From Candidatus Iainarchaeum sp. (GTDB taxonomy: Archaea; Iainarchaeota; Iainarchaeia; Iainarchaeales; JACQJH01), in NCBI GenBank assembly GCA_016205145.1, contig JACQJH010000002.1, positions 360,001 through 392,000 of the forward strand: 32,000 bases of DNA, written 5' to 3'. Position numbers and translations under genes: made by a program. Below the pieces are notes generated by a model. It was not told the DNA's origin. It saw only the letters and a list, made by a program, of their open reading frames with translations, and made no database searches. Shown here in pieces: positions 8,286 to 16,504 of this stretch. Position 1 is the stretch's first letter. Every line of letters begins with the position of its first letter.

Positions 8286-9416
8286 ATGGAATTACAGCTG
8301 TCAGAATTCGAGAACAGGCTTGTCGAAAAAATCAATGCTTTGCACGACGCAGTTTCATCCAAGGACTGGCGTTCCTTTGCCGCACAGGATTTTGCGCGCT
8401 CGCTCGGACATTCCGTTGCCGGCCTGCATGAACTGAAAAAAGTGTTCGAGGACACAGACTTTTATTTGAAGCACACGCAGAAGGACAGCATAGACTTTTC
8501 GCCGCTGTTTTTGGAGTTCGCGCGCACGGTTGGAGTGCTGGAGCGCAACCTCGAACTTGAAAGCAGGAAAAGCGAAATGCAAACCATTGTCAACGAGCTG
8601 GAAAAAAGCGGGGTGCCGGAACTTTACTCGTCAATGCAGGAAAAGGTTTTGACCATTCTCCTCAGGTGCCGCTATTTTGCGGAAAGGGTTTCAGTTGCGG
8701 CAAAAAAGGACGAACTGCCTGCGTTTCCCGGAAGGCAGACTTCCCAGCACCTGCTGGATTTGCTCAAAGCCAAGGAAACCGAATTGCAGGAAGTGAAGGA
8801 AAAGTTCGAAAGCATGCGCAAGAAAAGCTTTTTTGGAATGGTGCAGGAGGAAACTTCCGCGGACCTTGAAGCCGAAATCGCCGCGGTTGGAAGAAGGCTC
8901 GGCGTGCAGGCAAAAGAGCTTGAAACAGGCTTCAGGGAATTCAGGAAAAAGGTCGAGGCAATGCAGTTCGAGTTCACGGAGCTTGAAAGGAAGGCAAGCG
9001 TTTTGGATGAATCGACCGACGACTTCCTGGTGAAGCAATCCGACCTCATGACGCTACTGAAGAAGGAACGCGATTACGCGAAAAAAGTGATTGTCGACAT
9101 TGAACATGAAACCATGAAGCTGCGCTCGCAGTATTCAAGCGAACTCATCCATTTGCAGGAAAGCAAGCTTGCCGCGAAACGCGAGGCGGAGGAAAAATTG
9201 TCGCACACCATAAATTCCCTGATCGAGGAAGTCAAGGAAAAAGACGAACTGCTGAGGCATTTCAGGGGCATTGTGTCTGAAAGGGAAAAAATGCTTTCCG
9301 AATCGGAAAACAAGAACAAGCATTTGCACGCGCACTTCCAGGCGGAAAAGCAGAAGCTGGAGGAAAAAATCGAAAGCCTCAGGGAAAAGCGCGCGGGCAA
9401 AAAGGCGAAAAAATAA
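8286..9416 (+). CDS. Long coiled-coil protein of unknown function
   Basis: 376 aa, E/K/L-rich with heptad-like stretches over most of its length and a lysine-rich C-terminus. I see no Walker A, TM segment or recognisable catalytic motif. A TATA-like AATTTAAACC lies at 8237-8246. Confidence 0.7.
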   Translation: MELQLSEFENRLVEKINALHDAVSSKDWRSFAAQDFARSLGHSVAGLHELKKVFEDTDFYLKHTQKDSIDFSPLFLEFARTVGVLERNLELESRKSEMQTIVNELEKSGVPELYSSMQEKVLTILLRCRYFAERVSVAAKKDELPAFPGRQTSQHLLDLLKAKETELQEVKEKFESMRKKSFFGMVQEETSADLEAEIAAVGRRLGVQAKELETGFREFRKKVEAMQFEFTELERKASVLDESTDDFLVKQSDLMTLLKKERDYAKKVIVDIEHETMKLRSQYSSELIHLQESKLAAKREAEEKLSHTINSLIEEVKEKDELLRHFRGIVSEREKMLSESENKNKHLHAHFQAEKQKLEEKIESLREKRAGKKAKK

Positions 9417-9461
9417 ATGCTAGGAAAAGAATGAAATGAATATCAGACGGAGGGATGAAAA

Positions 9462-9734
9462 ATGCGCGAACCATCGGGAAGAAGGCCTTCTAGGCGACGC
9501 AGTGAAGGACAACCACCAGGCAGAAGTGGCGGCGATTCAGCAGGCAGAAAAGATTTGGCTAGGGCGTTTAGTATTGCTTTAGATGCTGGGTTTAACAGCA
9601 GGGATCCTTATTGGCGAGACAGATTCGCTGACAGGCTTGTGCAGTGGATTGCGAAGGGTACAATCACAATAAATGATATAAGCGAAATAGCCGATGAAGA
9701 TATGGCTGAAAGAGTAAGAAAACGTCAAAGATAA
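9462..9734 (+). CDS. Small hypothetical protein with an Arg/Gly/Ser-rich N-terminus
   Basis: 90 aa. A strong GGAGGG (9449-9454) lies 7 nt upstream of the ATG. Codon usage differs from its neighbours (Asp GAT 7 vs GAC 2; Ala GCT 5 of 9; Arg AGA 7 of 17). No family recognised. Confidence 0.45.
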   Translation: MREPSGRRPSRRRSEGQPPGRSGGDSAGRKDLARAFSIALDAGFNSRDPYWRDRFADRLVQWIAKGTITINDISEIADEDMAERVRKRQR

Positions 9735-9802
9735 CCCTGACAACTTTAATTGTTCGCCCAAAAGCAGCCAGTGTCAAGCGATTTTCCACGCCAAGCGATA
9801 AT

Positions 9803-11089
9803 TCAAAAAATTTTCTGCAAATCATCAAAACTGTCGCCTTTTCCCACAACTTTCGCCTTGCCTTTTTCCACGAAGATTTCTTTCGGCCTCGGCCTCAGGT
9901 TGTAAAGCGATGCCATTGCAAATCCGTACGCGCCCGCATTGAGGAAGGCAAGCGTCTGCCCTTCTTTCGGCACGGGCATTCTGCGCAGATGCTTTTTGCT
10001 TTCAGTGAAAACATCCGTCGACTCGCACAAATTGCCGGCGACCAAAAACTCTTTTGTTTCCGCAGAGTAAACGTTTTCGCACACCAGTAGCTCGTGGTAG
10101 CTGCCATACAATGCCGGTCTCGCCAGCGTATTGAAGCCGGCGTTGACGCCGATTATGGGAACGAATTTTTCCTCGACTGTATTGATTTCCGCCAAAAGAA
10201 TGCCGGCATCGCCGACAACATACCTGCCCGGCTCGATCTTGATGCCCGCGTCAAGCCCCGATTCCTTCATTTTGGAACACAGGCCTTTTGCATACTCTTC
10301 AATCGGAAACGCCTTGTCCTCTTTCCTGTATGGAATGCCCGGCCCGCCGCCGAAGTCGATGAATTCAAGCTTTGCCTTTGTTTCCTTTTCAATCTGCTTT
10401 GCAAGCGCAATCGTCTTGTCAACGCCCTTCAAGAATACGGGCAAATCATCGCCAAGCCAGCCGGAGCCGAGATGCTGGTGCAATCCCGCAATCTTCATTC
10501 CGCTTTCAGCCGCAAGCCTGTAGGCTTTCAAAACATTGTGTTCCGGCACGCCGAACTTTATGAATTTGCCCGCGGTTATCACGTTCGGATTCAGGCCGAT
10601 GCCCATTCCCTCGCCGGGATTCCACCTGCATGAAAACTTTCCCTTGTAGCCAAGCTTTGCCAGCCTGTGGATCTGCGAAACCGAGTCAACGTTAATTTGC
10701 ACGCCAGATTTGATGAGCTGGCTGAAATCGTCATCGGAAACCGAAGTGCCCGTGAACAAAACTTCTTCAGCCTTGAAGCCGGCATTCAATGCAAGCATTG
10801 CCTCCTGCGGGCTCGTCGCGTCAACCTTAGCGCCTTCCGCCTTCAGGAGTTTGAGGATTGAAAGGTTAGCATTCGCCTTCATCGCATAATGGATGTCGAA
10901 CTTCCCGTCGGAATGCTTTTCAAACGCTTTTTTGACGCGCAGGAAATTCTGCCTTATGCGCTCAGGATTGTAGGCATAAAGCGGGGTGCCGAACTCTGCG
11001 GCCAGGCCTGCTGCGTCAGCGCCCGCGAACAGGAGCCTGTTCGCCTTCACTTCCAAATGCCCTTCGCTTTCAAACCATTGCCTTTGCAT
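9803..11089 (-). CDS. lysA: Diaminopimelate decarboxylase
   Basis: 428 aa, Orn/DAP/Arg decarboxylase fold: TPLYAYNPERIRQN, YAMKANANLSILKLL, HQHLGSG, DFGGGPGIPY and LVAGNLCESTDVF. Its 5' end overlaps the dapF 3' end by 20 nt. Confidence 0.9.
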   Translation of the reverse strand: MQRQWFESEGHLEVKANRLLFAGADAAGLAAEFGTPLYAYNPERIRQNFLRVKKAFEKHSDGKFDIHYAMKANANLSILKLLKAEGAKVDATSPQEAMLALNAGFKAEEVLFTGTSVSDDDFSQLIKSGVQINVDSVSQIHRLAKLGYKGKFSCRWNPGEGMGIGLNPNVITAGKFIKFGVPEHNVLKAYRLAAESGMKIAGLHQHLGSGWLGDDLPVFLKGVDKTIALAKQIEKETKAKLEFIDFGGGPGIPYRKEDKAFPIEEYAKGLCSKMKESGLDAGIKIEPGRYVVGDAGILLAEINTVEEKFVPIIGVNAGFNTLARPALYGSYHELLVCENVYSAETKEFLVAGNLCESTDVFTESKKHLRRMPVPKEGQTLAFLNAGAYGFAMASLYNLRPRPKEIFVEKGKAKVVGKGDSFDDLQKIF

Positions 11090-11900
11090 CCAGCTCGCCC
11101 TCGAAAACCTTCTGCGCCGGGCCCTGCACCAGCACGTTCCCGTCCTTTCTGATCTTCAAATCCCCGCCCGGATTGCTCACTATTATCCAGTCACCCGCTT
11201 TCAGCGTTCCGGAGGCAATTCCCGCCAATACGATTGCAACGGAACCTGAGCCGCATGCAAGAGTTTCGCAGTCCCCGCGCTCGTGCACCCTCATCCTCAC
11301 GTGCCTGTCCGAAACAATGTTCACAAACTCCGTGTTCGTGCGGCCGGGCGCAAAGTTTTTGTGGTATTCAATCTTGTGGCCGATGCGCTCCAAATCGATT
11401 TTGTCGACCGGCTGTCTGGTGAATATTACGGCATGCGGGTTGCCGACATTGACGAAATCGTAATTGAACTTTTCGCCATCGATTTCAATTGCCGAGTCCT
11501 TTGCCTCAACCTTCATGTCCCCGAAGAATTCGGTCTGCACGATCGCCAGGTTTTCCGCCTTGTCAAACGATATTATCTTTGCCTTGACTGTTTTCGTGTC
11601 CGTTTCGATGGAAAACTCTTTCTTCCCTGAAACAAGGAAAAATTCAAGCGAAACGCAGCGCAGGCCGTTGAAGCATTCCTCGGCCCTGCTGCCGTCTGCA
11701 TTGAAAACCGTCATCCGGAAATCCGCCTTCTTCGACGGTCCCAGCACCAACACTCCATCAGAGCCGACGCCAAACTTTCTCTTCGAGAAAGCCTTGGAAA
11801 ACGCTGCCTTCATTTCGTCCGGCAGCGCCTTCGCCTTCAATTCGTTGAGGACAATGAAATCATTGCCGAGACCGTGGATTTTTGAAAACTTTACGCGCAT
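11070..11900 (-). CDS. dapF: Diaminopimelate epimerase
   Basis: 276 aa with KIHGLGNDFIVL, NADGSRAEECFNGLRC (first catalytic Cys region), NVGNPHAV and ERGDCETLACGSGS (second catalytic Cys). Confidence 0.9.
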   Translation of the reverse strand: MRVKFSKIHGLGNDFIVLNELKAKALPDEMKAAFSKAFSKRKFGVGSDGVLVLGPSKKADFRMTVFNADGSRAEECFNGLRCVSLEFFLVSGKKEFSIETDTKTVKAKIISFDKAENLAIVQTEFFGDMKVEAKDSAIEIDGEKFNYDFVNVGNPHAVIFTRQPVDKIDLERIGHKIEYHKNFAPGRTNTEFVNIVSDRHVRMRVHERGDCETLACGSGSVAIVLAGIASGTLKAGDWIIVSNPGGDLKIRKDGNVLVQGPAQKVFEGELDAKAMV

Positions 11901-11944
11901 TGTGAACCATTCATCCGCATTGCATCAGTTCCATGACAGACATT

Positions 11945-13138
11945 TTATTCCGAAAGCCTTTTTGCCGCTTCTCTCACCCTTTCAATCTGCGGAACCAGCG
12001 CAAACCTCGCCCTGTCCTTTCCCGGATTCACGCCGCCGACGGTTTCGCTTATCAGGTTGCCCGGCACGGAGTTTATGCCCTTTTCCATGAGCAGCCACTC
12101 GCAGAATTTCTGCGGCGAGGAAAAACGGGCTGGAATTTTTGCCCACAGGAAAAACGTTCCCTCAGGCATCATGAACTCGCAGCCGATCGCATTCAGCGCG
12201 GGCGCGATTATGTCAAGCCTTTCCTTGTAAATCTTTCTCATTTCAACCGGATGCCTTTCATCGGAAAATGCCGCGGCTGACGCCGCCTGGATGAAAGATG
12301 CCACGCCCTGCACTGACTTGTCCTGTATGCGCTTGAAGGCATTGAGCAGAACCGGATTCTTTGACGCAACAAAGCCCGTGGCATAGCCTGTCATCATGCT
12401 TCGCTTCGACAAAGAATTGAGCACGATTGCGCAATTTTCACTTCCTTTGATTTCAAATATGCTGTGAGGCGGCTCCCCAAAATACAGGTCGGAATAGCAT
12501 TCATCCGAGACAAGAACGATTTTGTTGTCGTTGCAGAAATCAACTGCTTCCTTCAGCTTTTCCTTTGCGTAGATTTTCGCCGTAGGGCTCTGCGGCGAGT
12601 TCAGGAACAAAATCTTCGACTTTTTCACGGCGCTTTGCGGAATGCTTTCGAAATCCGGCTCGAAATCGTTTTCGGGCAGGAGATTGTAATAGTGCGGGAT
12701 CCCGCCCGCGATAATCGTGCCTGACGAGTAAGGAGGATAACCCGGATTCGGCACTATCGCGTGCTCGCCTTTTCCCGCGTCAATGAACAGCCTCGGAACC
12801 ACAAAGCACGAATACTTGGCGCCATAAGTCGAAACAATCTCGTTGGCTGAAACGGAAACATTGAACCGCTTTTTGAGCCAGCCCGAAATGCTTTCGCGCA
12901 AATCGCCTGTTCCGGCAGTGACCGGATAGCCGGAACATTTTTCCTCGTCGACCGCCCTCTTGCAGGCATTGCGGACTATTTCAGGCGTGGCATCAGTGGG
13001 ATCGCCTACGCCGAAGTCTATCAAGAACTCCTTTCCGAATTTTTTCTGCGCGAGTTCCTTGCCTTCGTCGACCGCCTTGAAAGGATAGGGCGCCTCAAGC
13101 AGCCTTTTAGCGTTCGGGTTGAGCCTGTCCTCAAACAT
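11945..13138 (-). CDS. dapL: PLP aminotransferase class I/II, probable LL-diaminopimelate aminotransferase
   Basis: 397 aa from ATG 13136-13138; the track ORF starts 5 codons upstream at a TTG. Motifs FGVGDPTDATP, NPGYPPY and SLSKRSMMTGY (PLP lysine). The DapL assignment rests on its position next to dapF/lysA and the absence of dapD/dapE in the window, so it is inference. Confidence 0.65.
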   Translation of the reverse strand: MFEDRLNPNAKRLLEAPYPFKAVDEGKELAQKKFGKEFLIDFGVGDPTDATPEIVRNACKRAVDEEKCSGYPVTAGTGDLRESISGWLKKRFNVSVSANEIVSTYGAKYSCFVVPRLFIDAGKGEHAIVPNPGYPPYSSGTIIAGGIPHYYNLLPENDFEPDFESIPQSAVKKSKILFLNSPQSPTAKIYAKEKLKEAVDFCNDNKIVLVSDECYSDLYFGEPPHSIFEIKGSENCAIVLNSLSKRSMMTGYATGFVASKNPVLLNAFKRIQDKSVQGVASFIQAASAAAFSDERHPVEMRKIYKERLDIIAPALNAIGCEFMMPEGTFFLWAKIPARFSSPQKFCEWLLMEKGINSVPGNLISETVGGVNPGKDRARFALVPQIERVREAAKRLSE

Positions 13139-13257
13139 GAAAAAACATTCCAAAACCGGTTTTAAGGATAGGGCACGGAATTGTTTAAAAAACCGTTTTC
13201 GCCGATCGCAGGCAACTGAATAACAATTAAATAAGCTTCAGTGGAACACTTTTAGCA

Positions 13258-14553
13258 ATGGCAAACGGCACGATAAAAGTCGGCCTGATCGGCTTCGGCA
13301 CGGTCGGGGCAGGTGTATACAGGCTTCTCACTGAAAAGAACGCCAAGCTCTCCGAGAGGATCGGCACAGGGCTCGAAGTGAAAAGAGTCTGCGTGAAAAA
13401 CGGGTCGAAAAAGCGGCCGGTCGACATTCCAAAGGAACTGCTTTCAACCGATTTCAGGGAAATAATCTCCGACCCCGAAATCGACATTGTCGTCGAGGCG
13501 ATCGGCGGCACGACCGACGCGAAAAAAATCTTTGACGGCGCAATCGCGAACGGCAAGCACATCGTTACAGCCAACAAGGCGCTGCTTGCCGAACAGGGCT
13601 ACGGGATTTTCAGGAAGGCTAAGGAAAAAAACGTGCTCATAGGCTTTGAGGCGTCCGTCTGCGCCGCTGTTCCGATCATAAAGGTTTTGCGCGAAAGCCT
13701 TGTCGCAAACGACATTCAGTTCGTCCACACCATAGTCAACGGCACGTGCAATTACATTCTCACGAGAATGTCCGAGGACGGCATGGACTTTGCCCAGGCA
13801 CTGAAGCTGGCGCAGGAAAAAGGCTTTGCGGAAGCCGACCCGAAACTTGACATTGACGGAAGCGATTCCGCGCACAAGCTGGTGCTTTTGGCCCTCACAG
13901 CGTTCGGCGCGCACATCACGGAAAAAGACATCCTGAAGGAAGGCATCACGCAGATAACGGAAAGGGACATAGAGTACGCGAAAGAGCTTGGTTACACTAT
14001 AAAGCTATTGGCAATCCTGCACAACAACGCGGGAAAGCTTGAGGCGAGAGTGCATCCGACGCTTCTGCCGAAAGACCACATGCTTGCCGACATCCGCAAC
14101 GAGTTCAACGCCATTCAGGTGAAAGGAGATGCGTGCGGCAGCCTGCTGTTTTCCGGAAAAGGGGCGGGCATGATGCCGACAGCTTCCGCAATGGTTTCAG
14201 ACATAGTCGAAATAGCGAAAAAGATCGCACGGCATGCCGTGAGAAGCGAATCGATAAAGTTCGACTCGATGAAGCTTGAAGGGCTCGACGAAATGGAGAC
14301 AAGGCATTACCTTCGCTTTACGGTCGTGGACGTTCCGGGTGTCATGGCAAAAATCTCCAAAACCCTGGGCGACAGCGGCATAAGCATTGCATCTATAATC
14401 CAGAAGGAAAGGTACGGCGAAGGCGAAGTAGTGCCGGTAGTGCTGACAACGCATGCCGCAAGCGAGAAAAAAATAGGCGAGGCGCTCAGGCAGATCGACA
14501 GGCTCGACTGCATAAAGGCGAAAACATTCAGGATAAGAATGATAGAATCATAA
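13258..14553 (+). CDS. hom: Homoserine dehydrogenase with C-terminal ACT domain
   Basis: 431 aa with IKVGLIGFGTVGAGVYRLL, ANKALLA, GFAEADPKLDIDGSDSAHKL and a C-terminal ACT-like region (RFTVVDVPGVMAKISKTLG). Confidence 0.9.
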   Translation: MANGTIKVGLIGFGTVGAGVYRLLTEKNAKLSERIGTGLEVKRVCVKNGSKKRPVDIPKELLSTDFREIISDPEIDIVVEAIGGTTDAKKIFDGAIANGKHIVTANKALLAEQGYGIFRKAKEKNVLIGFEASVCAAVPIIKVLRESLVANDIQFVHTIVNGTCNYILTRMSEDGMDFAQALKLAQEKGFAEADPKLDIDGSDSAHKLVLLALTAFGAHITEKDILKEGITQITERDIEYAKELGYTIKLLAILHNNAGKLEARVHPTLLPKDHMLADIRNEFNAIQVKGDACGSLLFSGKGAGMMPTASAMVSDIVEIAKKIARHAVRSESIKFDSMKLEGLDEMETRHYLRFTVVDVPGVMAKISKTLGDSGISIASIIQKERYGEGEVVPVVLTTHAASEKKIGEALRQIDRLDCIKAKTFRIRMIES

Positions 14554-14555
14554 AA

Positions 14556-14654
14556 AGCCGGTTTCGTCCGGCTGGTCCGAAACCAAGGCTTATTGCCGAT
14601 GCAATAAGCCGGGTAAGGCAATAGGCCATAAAAGCGCGCTACGAGATTCGTAGC
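14556..14654 (+). repeat. Intergenic modular hairpin element, copy A (box + H1 + H2 + H3)
   Basis: AGCCGGTTTCGTCCGGCTGGT (14556-14576) is identical to 23884-23904. H1 is GGTTTCG (14560-66) / 11-nt loop / CGAAACC (14578-84). H2 is GGCTTATTGC (14587-96) / CGAT / GCAATAAGCC (14601-10). H3 is GCTACGA (14638-44) / GAT / TCGTAGC (14648-54), followed by an A6...T6 stretch. The element starts 3 nt after the hom stop. Confidence 0.8.
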
Positions 14655-14717
14655 AAAAAAGTAGTTTTTTAATGTTTTTCGTAAAGAGTATTTTGTGGTA
14701 AAATCGGGGTTGGTGCA

Positions 14718-15464
14718 ATGAACATAGCCATAGTCGGTTTCGGCAAAATGGGCCAGCTTATAGGCCAGAAGGCGGAAGAGCTCGGCATAAACGTGGTTTC
14801 CACAATCGACCCCTCCGCAAAAGGCGCAAAGTTCACGGAAATTTCCGCTGAAAGCGTGAAGGGCGCGGACGCCTGCATAGACTTTTCTGTGCCCCAGGCG
14901 GCATTGCAGAACATCACCAAGCTCGCATCGCTCAGGAAAAACATCGTCATGGGCACCACGGGGTGGTATGAGCACACGGCAGAGGCAAAAAAAATCGTGG
15001 AACAATCCGGCATTGGCATGGTTTACGCCGGCAATTTTTCCCTCGGCGTCAACGCATTTTACCGCATACTTGAAAAGGCCTGCAACACAATGGACGGCCT
15101 GGGCGAATACGACGTTTTCGCTTACGAAATACACCACAACAGGAAAAAGGACTCGCCTTCCGGCACGGCCGAGGAAATCGGCAGGATAATTTCAAAAAAC
15201 ATTGCGCGCAAAACCAGGATTGCCACGGAAAGGCTTGACCGCAAAATAGAGCCCGACGAACTGCACCTCGCATCGGTGAGGGGCGGCTTCGTGCCCGGCA
15301 CGCACACGGTCGTCTTCGACTCCGCATTCGATTCCATTGAATTGTCGCACATCGCAAGGACACGTGAGGGATTTGCCTTCGGCGCGCTCAAAGCCGCGCA
15401 ATGGATCCGGGGCAAAAAAGGATTCTACCACATCAGCGACTGGATGAAAGAAACGCTCAAATGA
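14718..15464 (+). CDS. dapB: 4-hydroxy-tetrahydrodipicolinate reductase
   Basis: 248 aa with MNIAIVGFGKMG and EIHHNRKKDSPSGTA (the DapB signature). Confidence 0.9.
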   Translation: MNIAIVGFGKMGQLIGQKAEELGINVVSTIDPSAKGAKFTEISAESVKGADACIDFSVPQAALQNITKLASLRKNIVMGTTGWYEHTAEAKKIVEQSGIGMVYAGNFSLGVNAFYRILEKACNTMDGLGEYDVFAYEIHHNRKKDSPSGTAEEIGRIISKNIARKTRIATERLDRKIEPDELHLASVRGGFVPGTHTVVFDSAFDSIELSHIARTREGFAFGALKAAQWIRGKKGFYHISDWMKETLK

Positions 15465-15544
15465 GGCGGCCGGCAAAAAAGCAAAGCAAAGAGATTTTCA
15501 AAAACAAAAGCAAAAAACAAAAAAGTTTTGAGGTGAAACAAATC

Positions 15545-16456
15545 ATGGCGAAAAAGCTCAAAGGCTGCTTTCCGGCGCTCATCACGCCGATGAAGGAAGA
15601 CGGGGACAGGCTCAACCACGCCATAAACTGGGACTGCCTGAAAGAACTGATAGCATACGTGACTGAAAACGGCGTCACGGGAGTCGTGCCGGCGGGCTGC
15701 ACGGGGCATGCCGCGGCAATGACGGTCGACGAGCAGGTCAGGCTCATAAAGTTTGCGCGCGAAAACACGCCTGAAAAATTCATGGTTTTGGCGGGCGACG
15801 GCAGCAACTGCACGCGCGAGGCAATCGAATTTGCGAAAAAAGTCGAAAGGGAAATCGGGCCGTGCATCCACATGCAGATTTCGCCTTACCAGAACAAGCC
15901 GACAATGGAAGGAATGTTCCAGCATTACGGAAAGATAGCGGAAGCAATCCAGGGCGAACTTGTGGTCTACAACGTTCCCGGCAGAACGGGCAAGAACATC
16001 GAGCCCGACACCACTGTCAGGCTGGCAAAAGAATATTCAAACATCATCGCAATCAAGGAAGCCTCCGGCAACATTGAGCAGATAAAAAAAATCATCGCCG
16101 AAACAAGCGACATGCCGTTCAGCGTCATTTCAGGCGACGACCCCCTGACGCTTGAAGTGATCAGGGCCGGGGGCACGGGCTGCATTTCGGTTGCCGCAAA
16201 CATCGCTCCCGGGCAGACAGCCGAATACATCAGGCTTGCCCTTGAAGGAAAGTTCGAAGAGGCGGAAGCAATCGAAAAAACCCTGCACGGACTGTTCAAG
16301 GCAATCTTCATCGAAACAAACCCCTGCCCCACGCACTATGCATTGCGCAAAATGGGCTATGGCGCAGGCATTCCACGATTGCCTTTGGTGGACATCACCG
16401 CCAAGTCGAAGGCCGAAATGGACAGGGTTCTGGCCGAACTCGGAATCGCAAAATAA
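15545..16456 (+). CDS. dapA: 4-hydroxy-tetrahydrodipicolinate synthase
   Basis: 303 aa from ATG 15545, with GAGGTG 10 nt upstream. Motifs ALITPM, GVVPAGCTGHAAAM, YNVPGRTG and IIAIKEASG (Schiff-base Lys). The 48-codon upstream extension in the track ORF overlaps dapB and is low-complexity K-rich, so it is rejected. Confidence 0.9.
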   Translation: MAKKLKGCFPALITPMKEDGDRLNHAINWDCLKELIAYVTENGVTGVVPAGCTGHAAAMTVDEQVRLIKFARENTPEKFMVLAGDGSNCTREAIEFAKKVEREIGPCIHMQISPYQNKPTMEGMFQHYGKIAEAIQGELVVYNVPGRTGKNIEPDTTVRLAKEYSNIIAIKEASGNIEQIKKIIAETSDMPFSVISGDDPLTLEVIRAGGTGCISVAANIAPGQTAEYIRLALEGKFEEAEAIEKTLHGLFKAIFIETNPCPTHYALRKMGYGAGIPRLPLVDITAKSKAEMDRVLAELGIAK

Positions 16457-16461
16457 GGGCA

Positions 16462-16499
16462 AAATGGGAAAGCCAATAAATTCCTTTTCTTTCCCATTT
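16462..16499 (+). terminator. Perfect 11-bp hairpin between dapA and the phosphatase gene
   Basis: AAATGGGAAAG (16462-72) / 16-nt loop / CTTTCCCATTT (16489-99). It lies 6 nt after the dapA stop and 6 nt before the next ATG. Its role (terminator, attenuator or processing site) is unknown. Confidence 0.4.
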
Positions 16500-16504
16500 A
16501 ATCT

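Noticed and set aside
14556-14654. Whether the hairpin repeats at 14556-14654, 19522-19677 and 23884-23943 are a CRISPR array or C/D or H/ACA sRNAs.
   Set aside because: There is no regularly spaced direct repeat with unique spacers. I found no RUGAUGA/CUGA box pairs at sRNA spacing and no ACA-tailed hairpin in these or other spacers.
14307-15137. A 276-aa minus-strand ORF spanning the hom 3' end, the spacer and dapB. Similar long antisense ORFs occur at 5696-6436, 6701-7405, 17910-18443, 18412-19068, 20287-20973, 24855-25562, 26775-27422, 29864-30661 and 30840-31487.
   Set aside because: Each lies opposite a gene with clear family motifs and has a low-complexity or Cys/Arg/Ser-rich translation with no recognisable domain. 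They are typical shadow ORFs.
15401-15544. Upstream extension of dapA (MDPGQKRILPHQ...KSKKQKSFEVKQI). I also considered whether the A-rich 15465-15544 spacer is a riboswitch or leader.
   Set aside because: The extension overlaps the dapB 3' end and is a translation of an A-rich spacer. The ATG at 15545 has a GAGGTG SD. The spacer has no stems or conserved cores resembling a lysine riboswitch.
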